A DNA stretch of 64,000 nt from Schmidtea polychroa (Eukaryota): contig CM097885.1 in NCBI GenBank assembly GCA_044892525.1, forward strand, positions 238,516,001 through 238,580,000, read 5' to 3'. A program made the position numbers and the translations under genes. This document shows positions 48,589-60,388 of the stretch, one piece after another (position 1 is the first letter of the stretch; each line of letters begins with the position of its first letter). Below the pieces are notes generated by a model, which did not search any database, was not told the DNA's origin, and saw only the letters and a list, made by a program, of their open reading frames with translations.

Positions 48589-51055
48589 CAGAGGCGTTCA
48601 AACATTTTGCTGCGAGGGCCAGTTTGGTATTTAAATTCATTAGCGGGGGCCAAACATTGTAAATATATGAATTAAAAAACAATATTACAAGTAAAGCAGC
48701 ATTAAATTTTATTTTTTTATAGTAAATTACAGATATAACAATAATAAACAGACATGTCTAAATTATATTATTATAAAATTATTTTATGCAATTTTTAATG
48801 GGAATGGTAGAACTGGGTTTTTTCCTGGGGAGTTTCTTCAAAGTTGGGATTCAAATCGGAAACAATGATTGCAAATGATCATCAGATAAATTTGTCCTAT
48901 ATTTAGATTTCAGATACTTCATTCCGGAAAAAGTTTGTTCGCACACATAGGTAGTGCCATACATAGAAATAAATTTACCAGCCAATTGCTTTAAATTTGG
49001 AAACTCTTTTGCGTCCAAAAATTTGTAAAAAGCGATCAAGTTTCCTTCCTTGTATTTGTTCTTGATTTGATCGCTAGCTTGAAGATCAATTATTTCCATT
49101 TGAAACTGACTTGAAACGTCGCCAACGTTGCAGCCATATGGATTTTGAAACAGCCGAATTTCCCTTGAATTTATGTCAAGATCAGAAAAACGCTTTTGAA
49201 ATTCTAGTTTTAAATCCGCGATTACTTTTACTGCAAATATGGTGGGAAATCTTTCGTCAGTTTCTGTACTAAATTTTTCACAGCACGTGAAATGGGAAAA
49301 ATTACATTCATTCATATGACTTTCGAGCAATATCAGCTTGGCTCTGAATGCTTTGATTTGCTCGAATAAATCACAAATTAAGTTGTTTTTACCATGGAGC
49401 TTTATATTCAAGTTATTTACGTGTGTCACGACATCTGCAAAAATTGCCAACTTCCAGAGCCACTCTGCATCCGATAAAAGCGGTTCAGGGTGATTCTTTT
49501 CCACAAGAAAAATTTTAATTTCTTTTCTGAGTTTGAAGAACTGCAATAACACTTTTCCACAGCTAAGTCATCGAACTGCTGTATAATACGACAAGTCAAC
49601 AGACTCGGATTCAATTTCTTCGAGGAAAGATTGAAATTGGCGATGATTGAGTGCACGTGATCGAATAAAGTTTACGACAGAAACAACTGGTTTCAAAACG
49701 CAGCTCATATCGACATCTTTTACACATAGGGCTTGTTGGTGGATGATACAGTGCAGAAAAATTGGTACTGTTGCTCCTGGGCTTTCACAAGCTTTTTTTA
49801 TTAGCCCAACCACCCCAATATTTGCACCAGACATGTTTCTTCCTCAGTCAATTGTCACACCTTGGAGTCGATTCCAGTCCAAGTTATATTTGGTCAACGT
49901 CTGTTGTAGTTCCTTAAAAATATCTGCACCAGTTGTAGTGCCATGCATGCTGTTAACCGATGCTAATTCTTGGGTGACATTAAGATTGTCATCAACTCCA
50001 CGAACAAATACTAAAAGTTGTGAGGTGTCACTAACGTCGGTCGATTCATCCATCGCGATAAAATAGTGAGTGAAACGCTGTGCTTTCTCAGAAATCTGGT
50101 GGAGTATATTATTGCCAATATCGTCAATTCGACGAGCAACAGTATTGCGGGAAAGACTTATCGTTTTGAAAAGTTTCACCTTTTCCGGACATAATGCCCC
50201 AACAGCTTCAATCATAGACTCTTTAGCGATGTTTCCATCCATAAAGGGTTTCCCCTTTTCGCTAACAAATAAGCAACTTCCATGCTAACTAAAGTCAATG
50301 ATTCATTTTCCGAATTTGCCTTCCTAAATAAATTTTGCTGAGAAGACAAACTACAACTCATTTCTTGAAATTTTTCAGTACGCTGCTTGTCCTTAAATTG
50401 TGAGTAAGCGGAAGCATGTTTTGTTTCATAATGTCGACGTAAATTGTATTCCGCAACAGTGTCATTGCAAATTACACATATAGCTTTGCCATTCTTTGAC
50501 TGCGATTGCACAAAAGAATATTTGAATTCCCAATCTTCATTAAAAACGCAGCACTCGTCATCTACTTTTCTTCTTTTTGTTTCCATGTTCAACTTTAAAA
50601 AATAATATTAACATAATAATTAAGTTATAATATATTAAATATAAATCTAAACATACCAATTTACAATATATCAACCGTAAAGAATGTAAATAAGCTCCGC
50701 GGCCGATGAATTTTTGGTTTGTCGTGTACAATCTCAAAGCTTTGCAGGCACTGCAGTTGAGCGCAGTCTACCGCTCCTCGCCGCCTACGTACAGTCAGAG
50801 TACAAAATCATTCATGTAGTCGAGCGGCCGAGTCGCATCACCGACTACCGAAAAAACTTAAATACCAGACTGTACTTTTTCGAGCGTGATACCGTGCGTA
50901 TTCTAACCGAATGCGCTCTTCATCTGCGCGAGATCTAATACCGACGCGCCACGCTACATTTATATTTTACGAAATTTTTCAAAATCCTTGGCGGGTCGGA
51001 TAAAATCGCCTGCCGAGTCGGGTTTGGCCCACGGGCCATAGTCTGGACACCTCTG
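48589..51055 (-). mobile_element. Buster/SPIN-type hAT element with a frameshifted GTF2IRD2-like transposase (about 48800-50586)
   Basis: TIR CAGAGGCGTTCAAAC / GTCTGGACACCTCTG; perfect TSD TTCTAGAA (central TA); AMDESTD, HCIIHQQAL, YTAVR, GTTYVCEQTFS. Confidence 0.9.
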
Positions 51056-51790
51056 TTCTAGAACATTCGATTTTTAATTTTTATCGATTTTTCCGTAAGA
51101 ATTTTTGTTTTTATTTTTGAAATTTTATTTTTGAATTATTTTTATTAAATTTGACTCCATGATGGATTTCGGCATTTCCAGAACATTCCATGCTAAATTT
51201 AATCTATTTCTTATTTTTAAATTATTTTTTGTGAATCTTTTTCTAAAATTTTTATATTTTAAACTGAAATATTTATTTATAAATTTTATTGGGTCGTTGG
51301 GCGGACATGATGAATTATGGATTGTTTTATGTATTTTATTCAAAATTTTGATATAATTTTCTTTACGTAAGATTTTATAAAGATTATCTTTAATTTTCTT
51401 TTTAATTTTTACTAATCGCCTTTATTCGAATTTGTTTTTGTTGTTTTATGTCTTTCGGTTATATTTGAGTAAGTTTTCGTGTGATACTTCTTGCTCGTGT
51501 TTTATTTTACTTTTAATTCAGATGTTTTATTTTTAGGTGTATTATCTCTCTATTATCATTGTTTACTTGGTGTTTTTATATATATTTATTTAAGTAAACT
51601 TAATGCTGAGTATGCGTGTTGTGTACTGACACATTTCATCCCCTTTCTAACTTTGGGTTTAGAAATTAATTCTAGCCCAACAACTCTATAGTTTGCACCA
51701 TGTCGTTTGTGGCGTCCTCTATTATCCGAAATTTCATTTTATGTGCATGCCAGGTCATGAACCTGCAATCATTGAGGGTTGTGGATCCAA

Positions 51791-52011
51791 CTGGTGGGTT
51801 ACTTGTGGTCGAATGATTAAGTGCTGTTACCAGCGTAACCCAACATGCAACATTGGTTTTCCGCTTGGTACCCGTTGAGTAATCAACGTTGGTACTGTAC
51901 CAAGGGTTGAGTACTCGCAAAAAGTGAGCGCATCAAGGCACTATAATTGTCGAGTACTCCATGGGTTCACGGACTACCGATAGGAGGTGTGTGTCCGATT
52001 TCTCAGGTCCC
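51791..52011 (+). ncRNA. Conserved structured RNA motif, copy C (most complete)
   Basis: Crossing pairs CTGGT/ACCAG and GGGTTA/TAACCC; CTTGGTAC/GTACCAAG; GTTGA-GTAA-TCAAC; GAGTACT/AGTACTC; GGAC/GTCC. Confidence 0.75.
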
Positions 52012-52093
52012 TTATCAAAATTGTTTTCCCAACCTTATGCGCAAACTCTCATTTCTCAGGCAATCATAAAATATATCGGATACTATTTTAGTA

Positions 52094-52610
52094 CTACAAA
52101 ATATGTGTTATTTCAATATTACAACACATCCTACAAAAATATACGAAACAAAATAAAAGTTCAGATCGGCTTGTTGGCGGAGCTGGCCAACCCGTTGTAG
52201 GCACTTGCGAGGAATTTACTTGCCGCTCATACTCGGCCAACCTGGCCTTCTTTAATTTTTCTCGAATGTTTCGTCCAAGCTGTTTTCTTTTGGGCTTATT
52301 TTCAGCGGCTGGTGGATATATTGTTGCGAGTTCAACGGCCAGTGGCCGTATTTGTTTTGCCACGGCCTCCTGCACCAACTGCTCATTTCGCTCGGTTTCG
52401 AGCGCCCGCACCTGCAATTTCAGGGCGCGGATCTCCATTTGGTCTTGGGCGGCCTGTGTTTGCAGCTGGAGGATCTAGGCTGTTTTCTTTTTCATTGCTT
52501 CGGGACTAAACCAGGTCCCCTCGAACTCCCGACATTTTCCTTTCAATTTGTCCACCCGGACTCGGAGTTCGTCGGTTTGTTGTTGGGCCTGCTCCCGATC
52601 CTTGCGTAGA
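52094..52610 (-). CDS. Small coiled-coil/basic ORF inside the LTR (unknown function, one upstream stop)
   Basis: GC-rich island; MEIRALKLQVRALETERNEQLVQ..KPKRKQLGRNIREKLKKARL. Confidence 0.35.
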
Positions 52611-53091
52611 TTTTCCATTAATTTATACACTAAAAAGGAAATTCATTAGTTTCCATTATACCCAAAAAGAAAATTAAAACAAATAAGTAGTAAAATTAAT
52701 GAATTAATATTAGCGTTTTCTACTAGGGCATCTTTATACTCCTCCATCTATCAAGTGATTTACAAAACAAAAGGAAAATACTTTATTCGAGAATAAACAC
52801 CCGACGTCTACTCATATTTAACTAATATACAAATGAAAAATGAATTAAACACCGACGACTTCTAATATTCAGTTCATATACAAATAAAAATGAATTGTCT
52901 AAGTTAAGCAAATTGTCATCCCACAATCACGCGGGGTGCTTGCGGGGCCTCCCTCTCTTTCGTGGAGTTGTCTCGGCTTCTTCGAGATCCTCCAGGGATA
53001 CTCCCTCTCTCTTGGATCGAAGTTGCAATTCTATTTTCTTCAGCCGGATCTGAGCGACTTCTACATCACTGGCTGCTTGATCTCGGGCCTC

Positions 53092-53292
53092 TCAGAGTGT
53101 GTTGTTCTCCGGCTCCGTTTTCACCCATGCCGGGGCATCCGGTTCCGGGCCACTTCTGATAACTGGGCCAAATTTGTCAAGGTCCAATCCACGATTCCAG
53201 TCGTGGATGCGGTACCAAATATACCGCGTACGGAGCCGGGTGATCATTTGCCGGTGGGTTTCTTCATCACTGAAATCATCTGATTGGGACAT
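53092..53292 (-). CDS. Small ORF inside the LTR (unknown function)
   Basis: ATG start in a GC-rich island, same strand as the 52094 ORF. Confidence 0.3.
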   Translation of the reverse strand: MSQSDDFSDEETHRQMITRLRTRYIWYRIHDWNRGLDLDKFGPVIRSGPEPDAPAWVKTEPENNTL

Positions 53293-54565
53293 GCCTGTAG
53301 TATAAATATTAAGCCCCGTGCATAACCAATTGTGGCTTATAAATTGACGTAATGATAAAATATACCAAAATAAATAACACTTTAACTACTAAATTTACTA
53401 TAATTAATATAAATACTTTTAACATGAAATTTTTGATTTAATTTATCGATATAATTTTTAATTAATTAAATTAAAAAAGAACTTTATCCAAATTAGGCAT
53501 TAATGTTGGAAGGCCTATACCCCGACAGAAAATTTCCTCAAGGTCATTTTTGTTTGAAATTGCTATTTAACTATTTATCATTTATTTACCACTAGATGGT
53601 AATTTAAACTTTTAAATATTCATTTTTTAGATAATTTTCCAGGATTATAGATAAAACCCACTAAATGCGGGTACACCAGGCGATGGGTATTAGTGGCGAA
53701 CTCAGTCTCTTACCCACTTACTCTTCTCCTGGTTGTATTCGTCCTAAGTGGTGAAGTCATCGTTTATACATTTGAGGTAATTTATTCATTGACCGAATGT
53801 ACCTAATTTAGGGACAATTTGGCGATCATTTTTCCAGCTGGAGAGGTTGAGATTCAGCTCCTGGAGTTCGGCTTCTCGTTCTTAGTCGAGAATCATTGTG
53901 CTTGGAGTTTGCAACGCGGGTGCACGGTAATTTATTATTCAAGGCAAAATTTGATAAATAAAATTTCTTGTTCATGTTAATTTGATAAAAATTAAGTTTG
54001 ATTATATATTCGGTATTAGCTTGTGTAGCTGATCATACCCCCTTATTCACATCCCTAGGTGACTTGAATAATGGTAACATTCTCCCAGAGGGGGGGTGTT
54101 GCTAAAAATAGTTTTCCAGAATTCTGATCCCTCTGATTGGCTCAAAAGGGTTGTTTCTAATTTTAAAATTTTGGGAAATTCCTCAATCGATATTGGATTG
54201 AAATATTGATTTTTTGGGATTAACAATCACCGATGAAAATAATAATTTCTAATTTATATTATTTGTATATTTAACCGATAGGTATGATCATAATATATAT
54301 AATTAACTATATGTTCAACTAAATGATATTTTACGACTATATATGACTAACTAATAACAATATTGATAATAATAATTAAGTCATTTAGTACTGATCGTAG
54401 TATTAATAATAATAAGGATAATAGTTAGGAGAAGGGTAGTCCCCATAATTGGATCTGTATCAACAATAGTAACAGTAATAGGGATAACTGAAAGTAGTAA
54501 AAATATTAACAACCATGGGCTTGATGATACTGGTATTAATAATAGTAATGATAATGATGATAATA

Positions 54566-54621
<56 letters not shown>

Positions 54622-57039
54622 TTAATAATAACAGTGATAATAATAATAATAATAGTAATAATGATGATAATATTAGTAATAATAATAACAATAGTGTTAA
54701 TAATAATAATAATAGTAGTATAATTTTATATTTTACAATTCGAAGTTGTATTTCCCGTTTTAGAGATTCCTATTTTATGATTTAGAAAGTTACTTTTTGC
54801 AACTTATAAATTTCCGTTTATAATTTAAAATTTTATATTTTACAATTTACAAATTTATACTTTATAATTCCTAGTTATATATATTATAGTTTATAATTTA
54901 ATAATTTACGACTTTATATTTTATAATTTATAATTTTATGTTTTACAATTTAGGAATTTAGATTTTATAATTTATAGTTATATATTTTCTAGTTTATAAT
55001 TTTATATTTAATAATTCACGATTCTAGGTTTTATACTTTATGATTTTATATTTTATAATTTATAATTTTATACTTTACAATTTATGAACTTCTAGTCAGC
55101 TTTACATGACTTTTTATGAGTTACTTTTGTGGGATCATCATAGTTTTCCAAAATGTTTTCAGGTTTATTGGTAGCTATTCATAAACTATATTCCTGAAGT
55201 TCCACATTTATATATAATTAGTTATAAAAATTCCTATACACAAAATCTATAATTCCCAATCGGGATTTTCCATTAATGATTTACATCAATATAATTATCT
55301 CTAAGATCTTATAAATATTTATAAAAATTGTAACTAAGTATTTATACATTTATGAATATTTTAAAGTGGGATTTGGATTTAGAATACCTACATTTACTTT
55401 GAATTAGCCTATCTAGATTAAGTTATACTTATACGTATGCCGACTATCTTTCTCATTTCCATTACTTTACCATAAACTCCTATTACAAAATCTAGTTCGG
55501 CATCTGTCTAAGTATAATTGCAATTACTATTATTGATGAACCAGCTACATTGATGTGATTGCAGAATTGTGCAAGTTTAGGTATGAGTTCTACTCAAATT
55601 AGGACCTTAGTGTAGAGACGTTGTTCATGATTTTGAATGTTGATTTTACATGTGCATTAAATAAAAGTCGGGAAGAGTTATTGCCTCCGCAGCCCCACTG
55701 TGACCACTTCAACAAACCTTAATGTTGTATATTAAGTCAACCATTTACGGCTGACCTTTAATAGATACGAAGAGTCAGGCGGAGGGTTTCCTCGACTTAA
55801 CTCCATGGCAGGACCATGAAGTGGTTCGACCTCCGAAGGACCCAAACAAAAAGAACCATATAATAAGAGATCGATATAATATTAATAATGCATGTCTGCA
55901 TGTCCTATAAGAATTTTAATAAATTGGATGCAGGACTGAACAACGACGCAGGAATACCAGTACGCCGTTGAACATTCGTACATCACTTGAAAATTCAAAA
56001 GAAAAATTATAAAATCACTTTAATTTTAACCTAAATAAATCATCGATACAATAAAATGAAAAAATGAATCATTAATACTCACTATTTGTGTTGACAAAAT
56101 TTCGCTCAAAAGTTGGCATAAAGTGATTAAATTATGACCGAAACGTGTCGGTATATATACCTATTTTGTACACGTGTATGTATTGATGCATTAAAACAAA
56201 CTCGAATTCTTTTTATTCCAGAATTTTCTATTTTGCGATTTTGCTATTTTTAATGGCAATTTTTGTGCCATAATTTTTGTTTTTATTTTTAAATTTTTAT
56301 TTTTTAATTATTTCTCGTTAATTTGACGTCCATGATGGATTTGGAACGGTTCCAGAACATTCCATATTAATTTTAATTTTATTTTTATTTTAACTGATGT
56401 TTTATGAATTTCTTTTTAAGATTTTTTATTTTTAATACTAATTTATTTATTTTCTCTAACTTTTGTTGTTCTAGATGGCTTTTGTGATGGTCATCGCCAT
56501 TTTTATGGAATGTTCTGGGTTTTTCTGGAATTTTTTACTGTTTTTACCGTTTTTTTTAAGTTATTCGAGTCTGTTTTTTGTAACTCTGTTTATTTGGTTA
56601 TCTTTGAGTTCTATTTTGCATAACTTCTTGCTTTTGTATAATTTTATTTAATTTCTGTGTTTATGTTTTTGTTGTTTTCTCCTTTAATTAATATTGTTTA
56701 TTTGGTGTAGTTTTTAATATTTAGCTATACTTTTTGCTTTTTGCATGTTGTGTACCTACACATTTCAGTCATAATTAGAAGTTTGGGTCTAGAAATCATT
56801 TCTAGCCCAACACAACAATGAATATGTTGAAATAAGTTTGGATGCAAGGCTGGTTAAAGTCGAGGGTCAATTTATGACCATGGTGATTTTAATCACTCTT
56901 GCATAATAATAAGTTAAAAAAATAAAAACAAATCAAAGCAAAATCATAAATTAACCTGGGTGTTCATGGTTACAATAAATTCATACCTGATATCGATTCC
57001 AAAGAGTTTTTTGAATGAAGGTAAATAGAAATTATTTGA

Positions 57040-57784
57040 CATAAAGTGTAACTTGTGATCGAAATGTGGCGGTATATATACCTGGTTTTCGGTGTGTCAG
57101 TATGTGTGCGTAAAAGAAACTCGAATTCTTTTTAATTCTGGAACATTCTATTTTTGAATTTTATCGATTTTGGTGTTGATTTTTGTGCCATAATTCTTGT
57201 TTTTATTTTTAAAATTTTATTTTTGAATTAATTTTTATTAACTTTGCCTCCATGATGGATTTGGGCATTTCTAGAACGTTCCATATTAATTTAATCTGAT
57301 TCTTATTTTAAAGTTATTTTGTGAATTCTTTTTTTAAGATTTTGATATTTTGAATTAAATTATTTATTTTTCTTGAATTTTATTGTGTCACTTGGCGGCG
57401 ATGATGGATTTCCCCATTTTTATAGATTGTTCTTGGATTTTGTGTGCCATTTTTGATAAAATTTTCTTTATTTTAGATTTTTATGAGATTTTCCTTAAGT
57501 TTTTCCGCTAAATTTTTCGAATTGTCTTCATTCCAGTTTGTTTCTGTAGTTCTATGCTTTTCAGTTGTATTTGAGTTGGTTTTCGTGCAATATTTCTTGC
57601 AATGTTTTAATTTATTATTATTTGGGTGTTTTAGTTTAACGTGTTATTTTCTCTATTATTACTGTTTATTTGGTGTTTTATTGTTTTAATTTTAATTATA
57701 CTTAATGCTGGGTATGCGTGTTGTGTGTCACCACATTCCGTTACAATTTCAAGATGTGTGTCTAGAATTCAGTTCTAGCTCAAC
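57040..57784 (+). repeat. Additional copy of the LTR terminal block
   Basis: Homologous to 56130-56812; ends TTCTAGCTCAAC. Confidence 0.75.
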
Positions 57785-58719
57785 GAGACTAACACATCGA
57801 AAGTGTGTCTACAGTGCTAAAACTTAAAATTTGAACCGCTTTTTGAATGTGGAAAAAGATAAGTTTGTACATATTGGGGCTAAATATTATTGCGTATTTT
57901 GTCTATGCTCGAGAATTTTCTCAGAAGCTTTTCAATGTTAATTTGATATGTGGTATTTTAGAAAACTCGACTTTTATCTCGGACTCTCTTTCATCATAAA
58001 TAACTATAGAACTGGATTAGAAAGAATTTACATCCATTTAGATTGTGATCTTCTTAACATGAGTTTTGTAGAACAATGAAAATATATTGCAGGTCTGATA
58101 TGCTGCATCTGATAGTCACAATTACCATCAATAATTAAATTCAAATTAGTTTTAGTATCTATTAGCTTCAATTTTTAAATGCAGCTTATATAAGAAGCAC
58201 TAGAAATCCTTATTGGTGAGTTTTCAAATCTTGATATTCTTCGTCTGAACCAAACTACCAGCTAGGTCACTCTTACGGCATATATAAAATTTAAATTGAC
58301 GAGGTCAAGATTATTTGGAAATTGTAGTAAAGTACATTAATTTAAAGTAGAAAATACAAATTCCAAGAAAACCTGATTACAAATTTATTAATTTAAATTT
58401 TAAAAATTAAAAAAATATTCACTCATTGCAAATTAAAAGTTTTAATTTTTAAACAAATTTAGTACTAAAAATTCAGAATTCTTTACAAAGCTCAAATAAC
58501 AATAATATTTATTAATTAATCAAAATAAATTTAACATATGGCGTAACCGACTTCGGGAGTGGACGATATAGCAGGCCGCCTAGAGCGCCAAATATTAGAA
58601 TCAAAAATACAATTTTTTTAAAACCAATAATATTATAATACAAGAGTTTTTTTTAAAAACTTGTAGTGATAGTACGACCTCACACTTCCATTCAAGCAAA
58701 TAACGTTATTTTTTATAGT

Positions 58720-59860
58720 AATTTAGACACGTTTTCGTACCTATCTAATATCTTTTACAGTCTTCATCTCATTTTTAACAATAATCTCTCCAGTTTCATT
58801 TTTTATTACATCTCTTTTCATTTCTTGTTCATCGTGCATCTCATCATCATTACTCATTATCTCATTTTTCCCAGTTTTGTAATTCCATTTAAAAGCTTTC
58901 TTCTACTTCCTTTGATTCCAATTGTTTCATCGCAACTAAATCATTAATAAACGTTTCCTGATTCGCCAAAGATCCATTTTCATCAAATTTTCGTGGTACA
59001 CAGCCACAATCAAATAAGTACTCATCATCATCTAACTCAAAACCTTTGTATGTCAATACAATTATTCCATCACAGCCCATAATTTCTGCTGCTCTCCGTC
59101 GTATTTTACTCACTTTCGTACACCAATGCTCGTTGGTACATTCCACTTCTTGATCATTTATTTTTAACATTATTACGAATGGCTCAATATAAACTCCTTT
59201 TCAATAAACTCCTAAGCTTTTTTATCATTTCACTATATTTATTATCATATTTTACATAGGGTCTGACATAATCTAAAATTTTTAATTTATCTTGCACTTC
59301 ATATTCTAAATTCAAAATATTATTTAATTTATCAATAATATCACATGTATCTCCCTTGATCAATGCTTTATTTAATTCAAATTTAATTTTATCGACATCA
59401 TATTTGACTGGTTTTTCATTGGCAATCATGCTTATTATTTGTATCTCATTTTCAACACCGGGGATTAATCCACATTCTATCAAAAATTCGTCGTCTTCCA
59501 ACACTCGGCCCATAAATCCAAGTTCTACTGCCCAAACTTCACATTTGTGCATTATTTCTCTTTTTAATTCGCGTATTTTCCCGTATGCTTCAATTTGATA
59601 CTCGGATTTGGTGCCGTCTGGTGTATTTGCCTTAATAAATATCGGGTCTAACCATTTGAATTTTCTTAAAGTTTGGCCAAATTCTTTCATATACTTTCAT
59701 TTGTACATTGTTCGTGTTTTATAATTTGTACGGAAATCTCATTGCATTATAGATATCCTTGCAAATACACCGTTTCCCGATATTAACATGGGTGCTACTA
59801 AATTCGGATTTGTGACCGCCATCGCCATTCTATTTCGTAATATTTCTTTGTTTAATTTAC
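58720..59860 (-). pseudogene. Decayed ORF with two tandem ubiquitin-like domains
   Basis: IFIKANTPDG..IRELKREI..LGFMGRVLEDDEFLIECGL and VIMLKIN..KVSKIRR..LTYKGFELDDDEYLFDCG match the ubiquitin pattern LIFAGKQLED; frameshift at a 15-bp tandem duplication near 59190; in-frame stops at both ends. Confidence 0.65.
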
Positions 59861-59873
59861 AATCGTTTAATTA

Positions 59874-59934
<61 letters not shown>

Positions 59935-60003
59935 TTATTAATATATTATTATTATTAATTTTATTATTATTATTATTAATATTATTAATATTGTTATTAT
60001 TAA

Positions 60004-60070
<67 letters not shown>

Positions 60071-60104
60071 ATTATTATCATTTTTATCATTAATATCAAA
60101 ATTA

Positions 60105-60153
<49 letters not shown>

Positions 60154-60388
60154 CAACCATATAAAAATATTGATGAATTTCAAACTAATAACCTGTTTCC
60201 AATTGAAAAATAACTAATGAGCATCGCTTTAAACTTCTACTAATTAATGCTATTAACATATTTGTTCCATTTACCAAATAAGGCACTTTATTTCTAATAA
60301 TAGGATAACCAAAAAAAAAATTTTTTCTGAGAAATAATTTTATCCCTTTTCACCACCGATATTTCTAATCCTTGAATATTGTAACATG

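Larger units (their letters stand above)
43767..51682 (+). mobile_element. Shortened LTR (~1.4 kb of own sequence) hosting two hAT insertions
   Basis: TGTCG start; RNA motif copy B; 48380-51682 is homologous to 56000-56812, 57040-57784 and rc 60389-61270; ends CTAGCCCAACA. No TSD; left boundary uncertain. Confidence 0.5.
51701..56812 (+). mobile_element. Putative 5.1-kb solo LTR of a giant Gypsy-like element
   Basis: TGTCG...CAACA termini; flanks CACCA / CAACA (4/5 TSD); shares the RNA motif and the ~800-bp terminal block with other copies. Strand inferred from the PBS-linked end at 1849. Confidence 0.6.

Noticed and set aside
51960..52000. Similarity of the LTR motif to group I intron P7 (TCACGGACTA..GTCC) or HCV-type IRES IIIe (ACTGCC-GATAG)
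   Set aside because: No room for P8 and no bulged G-binding site; the IIIe stem does not form in most copies and no ORF follows. Resemblance only.
55676..55700. GCAGCCCCAC resembling dicistrovirus IGR-IRES stem-loop V
   Set aside because: The closing stem, SL-IV AUUU loop and downstream ORF are missing.
58538..58600. GC-rich patch resembling a hAT terminus that might mobilise the UBL ORF
   Set aside because: No partner TIR or TSD located.
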